Below, one piece after another: positions 13,600 through 26,229 of a DNA stretch of 64,000 nucleotides. This DNA is from Rhizodiscina lignyota (Eukaryota). The position numbers and the translations under genes are program-made. How positions within the stretch are numbered: the stretch's first letter is position 1; each line of letters opens with the position of its first letter. The notes under the pieces are model-generated. The model was given only the letters and a program-made list of their open reading frames with translations. It did no database searches and was not told the origin of the DNA. Location: NCBI GenBank assembly GCA_010015805.1, contig ML978124.1:1674001-1738000 (forward strand), in the 5' to 3' direction.

Positions 13600-14290
13600 T
13601 CAAGGCCCACGCACCGTCCAATCATTGCGTCCATGCACCTCCGCCATGTGCCTCCGCAATCCCGCCTTCCCCTCCCTGCCCTCCTCCGATGGCTTCCACA
13701 CCACTCCCCGCCCTCCACACAAATGGCAAGCCACACTCACCCACAGGCCGTCGCGGCCCACGACCACGTCCGGGTGTGTTCGCAGGTAGAGGAATCCGTC
13801 GGCGTCGCGAGCGCAGTACTCTGGCGTCATGAGGGTGCGCGTGAGCGCCAGCGCCGCGGCCATGTTGACCGGGTCGTTGGTGCGCATGAGGCGCGTGGAG
13901 TTGTTGACTACAGCCAGGGCGGCAGTAGTTCTAGCCTGGGGGGTCGCTGCGGCGCCGGTCGGGAGGACGACGGGAAGGTGTTGCGGCGCGCCGCCTTCGT
14001 TGATGAAGATTTGGGTGGGCATGGGTGGGTCCAGGGCGGCCTGTTACCGGACGTAATATTTTTCGTTTAATGAGTTCAATGGTATGAAAAACACTCACAA
14101 GATCATCAACACTCTGGCCCAGCCGGACATTGACGCCCCTGATCTGCCGTTCGGTGTTGTTGAGGCTCTCCATGAGCTCCGACTTCTGCACCGTGAGGCT
14201 GGCTTTGAGCTCGACGAGGCGAAGCTGATCGGCCTTGACCCGATCAATTGCTTCCTGATTGGGGTTCTGGGGCCGCTGGTGTGCCGACAT
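13600..14290 (-). CDS. Hypothetical protein: N-terminal coiled coil plus a possible C2H2-like motif
   Basis: ORF 13931-14290 joins ORF 13600-14022 in frame via a GTGAGT..CAG intron at 14041-14098. Contains CHLC..HMAEVH. The 3' end is uncertain. Confidence 0.5.
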
Positions 14291-14561
14291 GTTTGATAGT
14301 GTTGATAGATTGTTGAACGAAATTTGGGATGACGGAGGTGTTTGTGGACGCAGTAGGGAAATTTGGTATCGAAAAAGTTGAGAGAAAGAGAGAGAGGAAA
14401 CAGTGAGAAAGAGCAGCTTTTATATTCAAGACTCTGCGGAAAGTAGGCGCCAAGCTCTTGTCACTAAACTGACCCGCCAACCAATAAGAAAGTCAAATTC
14501 ATGGTATAACACATCCGCGGCGCTATGCTTTTCGCTCAACTTGCCACATCTCGTACCGCAC

Positions 14562-16224
14562 TCACTCAAGCTTGCAATAATTCGCCGGGAACGCGCCCCT
14601 TCTGCCCTTCAGTTCGCCCTCCCACCAATCCATCTCACTGTCCGTCTTCTTGACGACTTTGATCTTATCCCCTTCTCTGAATGACAAATCGCCCTCGCCT
14701 TGACCATCAAAGTCATACAGCGCAGTAACATACTGCCATGTCTGGCTCTGGAACTTCTTCGGTGGCGGAGGTGGTGGCTTTTTCTTGCCTACCACGCTGC
14801 CTCCAGGCGTCACGATTGGGGTGCTGGAATACGGATTTATGGTGCCCGTGGCCCGCGGAACGTTGAAGTAGTCCTCCTGCTCGCCCGTGGATGAGCCCTG
14901 AGAGTAAAGGCTGGCACCGCCTGATGACATGCGGATGAGGCCATCGTTGGAGCGCGTGGCCTTTAAGGAGTTGGTGGACGCGTAAGAGTTGATGCGCGGT
15001 TTCTCCATCGGCGTCATTTGCGGCGGCGGAGGAGCCCCGTTTCTGTATGATCCTGGCGACTGGACGTTGGACTTGCTCTGCGGGACAGACGTCTGGCTGC
15101 TTCCTCGTCGAGCAGCGAAGCCATTACGGATGTTGAGACCGGTGTATGACTTCTTCCTGTCACTACCAGCGTCCATGGCCTGGTGGATAGCCTTGCCTTC
15201 AGCTAAGATTCGTAGCTTTTGCTCTGCCTCCATACGCGGCCGTTCGAAATCTTCACGCCATGTCGCTACGATCTCCTCAAGCTCCGGGGCTGGGGACGGC
15301 AGACTGTGGTCTTGACAATAGTTGTGGAGGGTAGTGTAACAGTTTGCCAGGAGCGCATTTTGGATCTGAATCTGAGCTGCGAGGAGATGCGGGAACAGGG
15401 ACAGGAGGCCGTTGACTAGCGGCGGAAGGCATTGCTTGAGACTCTCGTCCGCACTTTCGTAGTCCTGTAAAGCTTGTTATAGACTTGAAATACGCAGGGC
15501 TGAGGTAAAGCTTACAGCTGTCGACCTGTCCAGGTCAATCTGGTGCTTCGCCAGAGCCGTGTTTTCTCTATCAGAGCGTCTAGTCTTCTTCTCCACCGCA
15601 TCAACCCTGCTCTGATATCTCTCGTAGTCCAGCTATATCACCTGATTAGCTGAAGAACACCCACAATAGAATATTAAGGTCCGTACCTTCCTATCCTCCC
15701 TCTTCTTGATAGTCTTCTTCATTGGCTGAATAGCCGCCCTGGCATCTTGTGCAGGCTTAATTATCTTCTCGTCCATCTCCCTTACTTCTTCCAACAAGTC
15801 CTTCTTCAGCTCGGCGTATGCGGTCCTAAGATGGGCAACGCGCTGCATTGGCAGCCTCGGCGTCTGGATTGGCCTATGAGCAGGTTCGTGGCGTTCGTTA
15901 CCTTCATCATCTTTGAAAGTAGCTATGATCGGACTGTAGATGCCCTCGAGCTCGTAGGTGAGGTTGGCTTGGTGCTTGAGGATGTCGGTCCACGCGTCTC
16001 TCCACGCTTGGCTCGCGTCGATGAGCTGAGAATGCAAGTTAGTTTGGTTACCAATGCTTCACTCGTGCGATAAGAGATGATCAGATATGAAGAGGAAGAC
16101 GCTGGAAACTCACAGATTCAAGCGCCCTGTCAGCTTCTTTAAACTCGGCGATCAAAGTGCCCACGACAGCGTTGTCGGCGGTTCTGGGCAGGAACGCACC
16201 GAATTTCCTCTGCATGCGCTGCAT
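14562..16224 (-). CDS. BAR-domain plus C-terminal SH3 protein (Rvs167/Hob1-related)
   Basis: Helical BAR-like exons (..KKTIKKREDRK|LDYERYQSRVD), a KKKPPPPPPKK tract and SH3 motif ALYDFDGQGEGDLSFREGD..WWEG..GAFPANY; three introns. Confidence 0.88.
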
Positions 16225-16714
16225 CGTGGAATGCTGGCGACAAAGGCTCTGGAACTTTGTAACTAAAGTGAAGAAATCATCAATTGGATGGTATGAGGCG
16301 AGGCAAAGAGGACAGAGAGCGGTATGAGTCTTGGATGGCACAGCCTTATGGACAATATGCCTTTTGCGGAGCGCTGATCAGGATTCGTGTCGCGGCCCCC
16401 AATGAGGCGGCACAATGAGAGGGCTACTCCCCGCGTTTCACCTTTGCTTGCGCCGAAACCAGGGAAAGGGTTGCGACATCCCGCGAGCTAGTGAGGGCGC
16501 AGAGCATTGGCCATATCGCCATCGTTTTTCGACATCGTTTTTTGATATCCGTTTTGGCTATTGTACATTGTATACAGTTGGGTACCCAGGTACCCTTCCT
16601 TGCCCACGTATTTTCAGAAGCTACCCAAGTAGAGCCTTCATAGCTCTCAATCAGCATTCAGCTCGAAGGACTGCCTATTTGCAGCCACAAGTAATCGCCA
16701 TTCAGCGAGGTGAC

Positions 16715-18691
16715 TCAACGGCCCCGGAATCCGCCATAGCCTCCGCGACGGCCATATCCACCAAAGCCGCCCCTAGGACCACCGTATCCGCCGACTGCCC
16801 TGTTGTCGCGCTCTCTCACTCCCGGAGGAACGAACTGAGCGCCATTATCCACGAGGACATCTTCATCCTCAAACGTGTACTTCCTAAGCTTCTCGTCCGG
16901 TCCGATGCCTCGTCCGCCTCGCCAGTCACGGGAAGTCAGCCGGTCGAACTCATCCAACCGCTTATCCACGATCTTGTCTGCCACTGGCAGGAAGTAGAGC
17001 TTCGGCTTCGCAGTCGTAGACTTGAACAACTTGTCCAGCGCAACAAAGCCCTTGCCAGCTTCCTTTGGCTTTGGTCGTCCTACTGGTCGTGAAATTTCTG
17101 CTTCCGTTGTGCGTCTTGATATTGTATCAGGACGTTCTGGCATGTCATTGAACTCACCTCGATCCGTACCACGACCCTGTCTGCTCGGTCCAGAAGTGCC
17201 TGCACTCACCGATTCTCTGTGTAGAGCCTCGACACCTCCATCCCTACCATCCTCATAGACAACCTCCCACCTCTTGATGCCACTCTTTGTACCATCCCGT
17301 TCCATCTCGATCCACTCTGCCACCTTGCCCTCTGGGACGAAATCAGCCCACAATTCTAAACGGTCTCGTTCGTTGGGCCACTTCTGATTGTGCATCGCAG
17401 ACCTCACACGTGCTGCTGCGGACAACGACGTGAATGTGGCGAATGCATGCGTCTTGATCTGATCAAGGTAGAAGGTCTGTAGAATCGACTCATCGGGCTG
17501 CGATGAAGGTCCAGTAGCGATGGTGATAAGGTGTGCCTGGAGTGCTTTATCCTGAAGGGGGCGCATGAAGTTGCGAATGTAGACCGCACTCGTGGCAGGA
17601 TGAACAGCAGGCTCTACTGGTCGATCATCGGTCTCGGCGCTCTCTGGCTCTTCTTGCGTAGGTGCAGGAGGTGCAGTCTGGAAGATCTTCCTGAACCTTC
17701 TATCCTTCTCTTCATCCTTCGAAAGACGTCTCTTCTCGTGTTGCGCAACATCATCTCTCTTCTCCTCACTCTTAGTATCTTGGCCTGGGGTGTCTTGTGA
17801 AGCCTTGTGGTCTTCCATAACTTCATCCTCTGCGGTGCCGGCATCTTCTGCTTGCTTGGCCTCCTCTCCTGTGGCAGGCTCCTCTGCCATCATGACATCA
17901 CCCTCTGCCGTGGGAGGCTCATCTGCCTGCTTGACCTCCTCCTCTGCTCGCTCAACATCATCCTCAGCCTTGTCCTCTGCTATTTCCCTCATGTCACTGT
18001 CCTCTTTGAGGTGCACAGTGCCATCATCGTCATCCTGACGCAACTTCTTGTTCACAACCTCAGACTCATCGACCGGGGGTGTCGCACTGCGGCGTTTGCG
18101 CTTCTTGCTATCTTCTACTAGCTCTTCAGGCTGAACAGGTTCAGTTGAAGGCGCCGACGATGCTGGTGGTGCGTCCGGCATCGCTTGCTCTGGTGCTGGT
18201 GCAGTGGTTGGGGGTTGCGACTCGCTTGTAGGCACGGGTGTTGCGGTAACGGAGGGTCCTGTTGATGGTGCGGCAGCATGCTGCGACGCGTCTTCCGCGG
18301 GAAGTGTCATGCTTGAATCCGCGGTCGGTGCTGCGGGAGCCTCATCGGCAGGCTGGGTCGTAGCCTGAGTATCTACAGCACCTGGTTGTTCGGTGTCCTT
18401 GTCCTTAGATTCACTTGCGCCTTGCTCTACATTAGAATGGGTGTAGTATACTGTTCGCGCTTTACTTGATTCACCTGCTGGTGCTTCATCTTGAAGTGTT
18501 TGCTGCGACTCTGCGACTTCTTCACCAGCCGGCGGCGCATCTGGTGTTTCACTGGATGCGAGTTTTTCGCGATCTTCTTCCTGGAGCCTCTCGATGATTT
18601 GCTGTTTGCGCGTGAGACCCGTGGATGGAATGCCGCGCTCCTTGAGCAAGGCGCGCAGATTCGCGACCGTGAGCTTGTTGTAATCCGTCAT
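16715..18691 (-). CDS. SAP-domain protein, Acinus-like (SAP, RRM, RSB motif)
   Basis: N-terminal SAP LTVANLRALLKERGIPSTG, RRM-like AVYIRNFMRPL..DQIKTHAF, RSB motif LDKLFKSTTAKPKLYFLPV and an RGG tail. Confidence 0.85.
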   Translation of the reverse strand: MTDYNKLTVANLRALLKERGIPSTGLTRKQQIIERLQEEDREKLASSETPDAPPAGEEVAESQQTLQDEAPAGESSKARTVYYTHSNVEQGASESKDKDTEQPGAVDTQATTQPADEAPAAPTADSSMTLPAEDASQHAAAPSTGPSVTATPVPTSESQPPTTAPAPEQAMPDAPPASSAPSTEPVQPEELVEDSKKRKRRSATPPVDESEVVNKKLRQDDDDGTVHLKEDSDMREIAEDKAEDDVERAEEEVKQADEPPTAEGDVMMAEEPATGEEAKQAEDAGTAEDEVMEDHKASQDTPGQDTKSEEKRDDVAQHEKRRLSKDEEKDRRFRKIFQTAPPAPTQEEPESAETDDRPVEPAVHPATSAVYIRNFMRPLQDKALQAHLITIATGPSSQPDESILQTFYLDQIKTHAFATFTSLSAAARVRSAMHNQKWPNERDRLELWADFVPEGKVAEWIEMERDGTKSGIKRWEVVYEDGRDGGVEALHRESVSAGTSGPSRQGRGTDRGEFNDMPERPDTISRRTTEAEISRPVGRPKPKEAGKGFVALDKLFKSTTAKPKLYFLPVADKIVDKRLDEFDRLTSRDWRGGRGIGPDEKLRKYTFEDEDVLVDNGAQFVPPGVRERDNRAVGGYGGPRGGFGGYGRRGGYGGFRGR

Positions 18692-18983
18692 CGCGTTGGG
18701 AAACGTTCTGCTTGGATCATACGTGGTGTGGTATGCGAATGTGTAGGTGGGAGGTTGAGAGTTTGAAGTTGGAGAGATAAATAAAGACGCGCGTGAGCAG
18801 GTGTAAACCTTGGCGTCATGGCCGTTTTCGTTTGCACTTGGCAGTGGAGCCCAGCAGTGTTGCGGCGGCGCGGGCGGAGGCGCGGAATGCGGAAAATTCC
18901 GCTGTCAGCCGCGATGCAGGTACCGAGATCGTGAAGAGATCGTGGGCTTCAAAATGCGTCATTAATTCACTGGAAAATCTCCG

Positions 18984-19843
18984 ATGTCGACCGAAGTGGC
19001 GAGCAATGAGACCCCACACGGCCCGTGTAGGCAGCGTCAGGTCAATGGCGTCTACTGGAAGAATGAGAGCACGCAAATACCGGTTTACTATGATGTACGC
19101 TCCATAGACGACATGCTCTCGCTTATCCGGACAAACCTGAGCCGGGAGCGAGATGAGATCGTCCCAGACACAGTACAATTAGATGTGCTCTTTAATCCTG
19201 GTGCAACGCTCGCGATTGAAGGCTTACAACCCACCGAACAGTCTCAATCTTCAGCATCAGGCGGACCACCAGCAGGGAATGCACCTGAAGTCAAGTGGAT
19301 GACGACCGTGGAGATCCTGAGTTATCCTCAAGACTTAGAAGACTGGAGGAAATTCTATCAAACAGTCGCAAAGAGTTTTGTCAGGAGCATAGCAGATACC
19401 GATGGCTACAGCTACAGCATGAGGCAGTTCTTTCTCACGAAAGGGGGGGAGGTTAGGACAAGGTATGTCTGCAAAGACTCTACTCAGAACAGGGACCGGG
19501 TATCTTCAAGCCGTATTTCAAGAAAGAAAACAATTAGAACAGATGGGACTGTCTCTAAAGGCCGAAGCAAGAAGAGGCAACCCGCAGTTGATGCCGGTGA
19601 TCCTAGTATGTCCACGACCTATCTGCGTCCTTTGAACAAGAAAAGAGGAGAAGCTAACAGGGCGTAGCGAGCAGTAGGCGGCTTCCAACGTATGAGTGCA
19701 AAGGCTACATCTCTGTCGACTTTTGTACCACGGCCCAGACGATTAAGATTCGATATCGACATTTGCCGATCCATCGAGCTGTCGGCAACAGCGTCAATTT
19801 GCGCAATGAGCATCAACAAGACGCTCCAGATCTCGATGGATGA
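18984..19843 (+). CDS. Hypothetical protein with a putative WRKY/GCM1-like C2H2 zinc DNA-binding domain
   Basis: ORF 18984-19667 plus intron 19606-19667 (GTATGT..GCTAAC..TAG) extends in frame to RYVCKDS..LPTYECKGYISVDF..IRYRHLPIH..DG* (TGA 19841-19843). Confidence 0.6.
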
Positions 19844-22768
19844 ACCTTGCATACTCTATTGCAGACAGATTTTGGTCATCCTTTGGTCGATCACGGCAAT
19901 TGCTCATCGAGTATGTGGCTATACATCAAGATCTGCCATTGTGCCAAGCCATCTGGGCGTTGGTGAGCAGTGCGAATGTGAAAAGGTTGTGAGAAGTCAT
20001 TTGAAGATCAACTCAGCCGGAAATTAGGGCATGATGACCAGTGGCATCCGAGGTGCAAGACTTCCGCACGCTTTCAGCTCGGTAAAGTTTCCTGTTCCAC
20101 GTCCTTCCAAACCGTGGACCGAACCACGACTGACGATAATCAGGGGAAGCAACAATTGTGCAGAATCTCGACCAGCACCCTGGGCAAAGGGTCTAGTGTC
20201 GTCACTTATCGACAAAGACTCGCGCAACCCCATAGTGGAGCTGTTATAGTCAGTGTGCCTCTATCGATGCGCCAATTCTTGCGCGGCAAATGCGCCGAGA
20301 AGGGCTAGAGAGTTTGAATCATTTCGCGTGACGGGAACGCTGCGCGGGAGAGCGTGGCTGAAGATCTCGATGTAACGGGACAGAAGGCAGAGAAGGCAGA
20401 GAAGACGTGCAGGGTATCATGCGTGGTATGCTCTCTGGATATGGTGCCACGGAATGCGGCGGCCAGGCAAATCCTATCGTGCAGCGTGTCCAGGAGAACG
20501 CTCCGACCTCTCCTGTCAATGCCTGAATGCAGACGCGGTGTAACAATGGCAAGGCGCGCGGCATTTGTGACGACCCAAATATATTTAAGGGGACAAGAGT
20601 GGAATTTCCCGACGTCTAGTCTTGTTCGAAATCTAGAACATGCGAATGACTGCGATAGTGAAGTGAGCCTTTTTTCCTTCAGGTCGGATGCCTTTTTGGC
20701 TGGACATAGCCATTTTCGTTATGAGCAATCATATTTCTCGCTAACCACCCCTAGTCCAATGCTGCGCTGTACGCCATATGCGAGCAAAGTTGCTTTCGGT
20801 GCGTGATTATCACTACATGATCAGATATAGGAAAGTGCGACGTGAGTGCTGTCCAATCGTAGCAATTCAATGCCAGCGATGCATTTTCACATACGAACCA
20901 GTCAGTTATGCACTCCAGACAGTCGTTCAATCATTCATCTGCCAACTCCCGCTCACGGTAATGACTCTCCCACACAATACGAGTTTGCTTCGTTGCCTTC
21001 TGCATGTCCTTGGGCTGCCCAATGCCCTGTTGCGGTGATGTTGCACAACCGCAAGCACGCGACAGTGGTCATTCCGTACCAACGTCTGCGCGCCAGCGCG
21101 CCTCCTCGATCACGCCAAATCATGTAGATGTTGAAGCACGTTGACCGCTTCTGTGGCCATGGAGAATTAATCCTTCCCTTGACGCTTCCCCTCTTTTCGA
21201 CCGCGCCTGCTGCTACTTCACGGATAGGTCCGCTTGAAGCAGAACGGTATCACCGCGGCATCTCTGACAGGCCTGACATGCTTCATAAGTAGCGTCGTCG
21301 ACTGCTGGAAACCAATCATGATGCCGCTGATCTGGGACCTGTGGTTACCTCAGCGACCTTCGAGACCGCCTGACTGAAGCAAGTGTGCGGATCGGTCTTC
21401 ATCTTGAGAGGAAGATTCGGTGGTATTGGAGCATCTCTAGCACCCGTTTACAAGGACCGATAATGGTGTTTGGGCATGAAATGACCTTTCCACGATCGAG
21501 GGTGATACGCCTGGGAGGGTAACAAACTGCCTGCTCCTTCAACGCCCGAGAGCCTCATTGAAATAAGTATATTACGTCGTGACAGTGCCGTATCAAGAAA
21601 CTGTTGCAGAATGTCTGTGGCACGCAAACACCCGAAGCTGAGTGCTATCGTCGCAGGAGAAAACTCAGGTGAAGTTGAGCGGAGGGCGCTCCGGAGATAT
21701 CTGGTTGGGCGGCATTTGCGGACCGCCAGGCCTCCCCGACTCGAACAACATTCTGTGTAACAAGTGAGGGATACCGCTAACGAGCAGGGATACCGATATT
21801 CCGAATAACCGTCCGGAGTGGAGTCCTAGGGATGCAGCGGATTCGAGTCCGGATGGAAAGCCACATATGAAGAAGAGAGGGTGAAGGATTCTGCAATTCT
21901 CGATTTGGAAGACGCAAGAAGATCGGTAATTGACAGCTTCAAAGCCCAGAGGTTGTGACATGTACGATGACAAAACTACTTCAATCAATGGCGTGTGAGA
22001 AGCTCTTAGAGTCGTACTAGCGAAATGCAATGCTGGAATAGTCAACAGCATGCCGCCAGCGCTTTGGATGCAAGCTCCCATGAGCACGAGCGAGGTCGAG
22101 CGCGCGGATATGGACCTGGCGCGGCTAGTGGCTTTGAACGATCGGCTAGATGGGCGCTCTGTATGCCTTTAAAGTTAGATAGGGAATACAAACTTCTGAC
22201 TGTACAGTAAATGGAATTCCGGAATGCAGGCACTAACAAATCGAGTGCAGAATTAGTATGAGCGCCACTGAAACCGGAGAATTTCCATGTCAAGATGCCA
22301 CGCCCTTTTAATGGAGATCACGGCTAATGTGAGATTCGTTGAGCTGCAACTTCTCCCGGGACCTGAAGCTTCGTGCGGCTGTGGCTTCTATTCGTGAAAT
22401 CCTCCACGTCGCGACTGGTGGCCGCTGAACGCACATAATCAGGTGCAAATCTTTGTGCGACATGCTGCATTGATCCGAGCACCTCCATCATTGCAATTCA
22501 TCTCCTGATGGGGTGTGTAAGCGCTGTCGTCGCACGAAAAGGACACTCGTTTGGCGCTGCTCGGGAGCTATATATGGCGGTGAACCCAACTAAAATCGGC
22601 AGATAAAGTGTGCGCAGGCACAAAGTCTCTCTGTTGAGTGAGCAGAGAAGAACGGTTATCAAGGAAAACTAGAGCGCAGATTGTCATACACTGCGGCATC
22701 GCCATGGCACGGAATGGGAGGAAACTCAAAAAGAACACAAACAATGACGACAGTCGCACACGAGAAAA

Positions 22769-23469
22769 GATGTCTTTTGACTTTCTGGCTCCGTCGCACA
22801 AGCTTCATTCCCCTCAAAAGATGTTCCTTGAAGAGACAAGGTTCCATGCAGCGGTATACGCAACTCCAGTAAGCGCATGGTTGGAACAGTAAGTTGCGAG
22901 AGACAAAGAGGATAGGAGAAAATACTTATTAACTTCACAGAAACTTGACAGCTAGGCAAATACCGTCAAGAGGTGAACAAATTGTCCTGAGACATGATTC
23001 TGGGGGGTCAGATTTGGGGCCACATTGTGATGCGGACTCCGAAATCTCCGCAGAGACGCCAACCTCTCAAGGCACCTTCGACATTTCAATTCAAGACGCG
23101 GCGAGGTCAGATCATAGAAGACGTGTAGACGATCGACACAACTATGACGAAGAGGAGAAATTTGCCATTCTGTGGCTGAGGATTGTTCGCGAGGAAAAAT
23201 GGACCGAGGTCTTACGACATTTCCACATTCTCTTCCCTCCGGACGTTCCTCGACGACAGGCTGGAAAAGGGCTTACGGCGCGGTATTTTCGAAGGAGGAA
23301 AGGCGGGCTGGAATGCCGATACTACAGGTTACGTGAAGACCTTTACATGAAGCCACTCCGTAGCGTTGAATACGACTCCGCGAACGATCGTGCTGTCTTA
23401 GCGAGGATGCACCAAACTGCTGGTCTCTCCAATGATTTCTTGGAGCGTCTGCGTCTTCTGGGTGATTGA
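22769..23469 (+). CDS. Hypothetical small Myb/HTH-like protein
   Basis: YDEEEKFAILWLRIVREEKWTEVLRHF..FP..RRKGGLECRYYRLR resembles fungal Myb/homeodomain-like helices. The first exon and the intron (~22889-22955) are inferred, so the start is uncertain. Confidence 0.55.
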
Positions 23470-24918
23470 CGAGGTCGACTACTCCAGTGTTCTTGCTGTC
23501 TCAAAAGTTTCCATCTTATGGATACGGCCGATCGTTCTTCATGAAATTGCAAAGCCCGTGGCAACTTTCATAATTCGAACAGTGTTTCATTGGTGCATTC
23601 GGGAAGAGCCGGAGACAGGTTAATCAACCTGGAAGGTGGATTGGATGCGCACAGCGCAGTCTAAATGATTTCCCTCGTACGAACGTGGTCGAGAACTTTG
23701 TCCTGTGTGATTGTTGACCTTGTGGAGATTCTTCCAGTGCTTGAAATGGGTTGAAGTTAAGCATCTGGGAAGCGCGGAAGACAAGTCAATCAGGCCGGAG
23801 GACAGGTTCCATCGACAAGCTGACTGTGCTCCAAGAGCTTGGACGCCTTACTAGAGGTACTAGATGTGTAGTCAATGTTAGGATAATAAATTGTTGAGTT
23901 GAGTGATGCTTGAGAGGCGTGATAATGCACGGTACTTTCTCTTTAATAATAATGAAGACTGGTGTGAAAGTCTAATTGTATGCGCTCAGAAGCCCCCAAG
24001 CCGTTGAGTGCAATGAAGACCGACGTGTCACATAGCAAGTGACCTTACCCGTTAACGAAAACGGGCCCAGTCCTGGAAGTCCGTCAGTAACTTCTTAGCA
24101 GCGATAAACCCATTACGCTAAATGGAGGTGGAGGGGGTGGACATCAAACATGTTACTCCTCAATACAAATGAGACCATCTCTGAAACCCTAAGAGTTTAT
24201 GCTTGGACGCGAGGAATGTCTCCAGGTGCTGCGCAAAGAGATGCTGTCCTTCTCCGCTTTGAATCAGACCAGGTCGCAAACTCTTGTATCTATACTCGGG
24301 AACTACGAACCTGTCAAGCCTGATGGTGATATGTAGAGGTGTATCGCAATATGGGATTGTCTTTCTTCACCTCAAACACGATGAGTTCGGACAGTGTGTT
24401 GGTGGCTGCTCAGAAGTGACAGACCTGTTAAGCCTGACGATCGTCGATGCGCTGCGTGATATATGACAATCCTTCCTCAACACAAACAAGAACATGTTTG
24501 AAAATTTACTAACAGATGGGCTTATGTGGCCAAGTGGTGGATGTTAAGGACGCTCAAGGGCCTCTACTTCGACGGAACCGAGCGCGTGGCTGACAGCTTG
24601 TTGACATGTATCCGGAAGTGATCAACCCGTCGTTAAGGGCGACGATTTCCGAGGGGCTCACGTATTTGTATATAACCTTCGATGAAAACGAGAGTATATT
24701 TGGAAGTTGGTTTAGATGTGCTTGGGCGTGACGAACGTGTTGAGTTTGAGAGTTGAGTGTAGCGAGGCCGAAGGAAGGCATAATTGGAGGTGTTCACTCT
24801 TCCATCACAAACAAGAACCTGTCTGAAAGTCCGTCAATATATACGAGTTTTATTTTCAGGGACCACACGTAGCTTGTCTGAAATCTCTTCGATTCAGTCT
24901 ATATCCCCTTCAAACTAA

Positions 24919-26028
24919 TTACCAATGTCTCCTCCACGGATGGGCCCCAAGATCTTCATCGCCGCTGTGCTCGGCTGCATCATCCCAGCCAAACTCTTCT
25001 TCATCTGACGCATTGCGTCGATATTGATATGCGTCAACGTCGTACTCATCGTCAAGCTCCAACTCATCCTCGGGATAATCTGCGCCGTAGAAATCCTCTG
25101 CATTTGAATCTTCATCATCACTCCTCTGAGCTTCATCCTCGCTGTCATTCTCTCTTTCACCAAAGTATTCCTGCCACACCACTTCATCCTCTTCTCTGAT
25201 CAGGAGAATGCCGACATTAGCAGGGTCTGCAGTACTTATATCGATCTCCATTGTGTCGTTCAGAATGTAAGTGTCGTAGACGTAACCATGCTCTTGTTCG
25301 TCTTCGCTTTCAGTGAGCATGGAGCTGAAGACTTGCTCGCTGTTGGGCGCGACACCTGCATCGCCAGCTCTATCTTTGAGCCGTATGACGTTTGTCCTCG
25401 GTTTGAACTTTGGGCCAGTCGAGATAGCAATGTGGGCGATATTTGGCACTGGCAATGCGCCATCGGTATCGGTCGAGCTGACTTGTGGACTCCATGTTTC
25501 TGCTCGCTGTTTGGGGACTGCTGAAGTCTTGCCTGGCCGCTTACGTGGTGGGGAAGTCTCTCGCTCTGTTGCTGGCGATTTGACGATGCTTTCGTTGCCG
25601 GTGATGTGTTGCCGCTTGTTTGGCGGTTCTGTATGCGCTTCGAAGGTTGCTACGGAGCCTTTCCTCTTCTTCGCTTGAGTGAGGACGTATTTTTGGAGGT
25701 CAGGTCTTGACGTTGGCGAGGTGGCGGAAGTGATCGTGATCTGAGATGGAGCGACGGCCTGAGTCGAGCCATTGTCTTGCGGGACAGGAACGTCTTGAAC
25801 GGGCTGGAATCGTCGTCTCTTCAGTTGAGAAGCTTGCTGCTCGGGACCAACGCGCACGAAGACCTGTGATTGTTGGGTGCTCTCGAGGACTATATACATC
25901 AGAGCTGACGTCCCGATATAGCGGACGCTAGGTCATAATGAGGTAAACTTACATAGCACTTCGGGTGTACGCGCCTCCTCATCTTCAAGCTGGAGCTTGC
26001 GCTTGACTCTGATCTGTTGTGGTGCCAT
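24919..26028 (-). CDS. IWR1: RNA polymerase II nuclear import factor Iwr1-like
   Basis: Exon 1 MAPQQIRVKRK.., then an intron, then YVYDTY and the Iwr1 signature DDEDSNAEDFYGADYPEDE. Confidence 0.85.
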
Positions 26029-26214
26029 GCTGTGCACGTTCTGATCGATCGTGTGTGAGTTTTAGTGATTTTGAACGTGTTCTGCGAGCTTTGATTGCAT
26101 GCAACTGTTGGAGGGTGGGCGATGCTTGAATGTTGCAAGGGTGTGGGTGCATTGCACAACATTTAAGGTTTCGCGGAGCTATAGCCACCTCCCCGCCAGG
26201 CACCACGCGTGTTG

Positions 26215-26229
26215 CTAACCCTAACCCTA
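26215..26229 (+). repeat. Interstitial telomere-like repeat CTAACCCTAACCCTA (possible Tbf1-type site)
   Basis: 2.5 units of (TAACCC)n about 190 bp upstream of the Iwr1 ATG, next to ACGCGT at 26205-26210. Confidence 0.5.

Noticed and set aside
26215..26229. Telomerase RNA template (TAACCCTAA)
   Set aside because: Only ~750 bp of intergenic space is available, whereas filamentous-fungal telomerase RNAs are much longer, and no pseudoknot or CR4/5 is recognisable. A DNA-binding site is more plausible.
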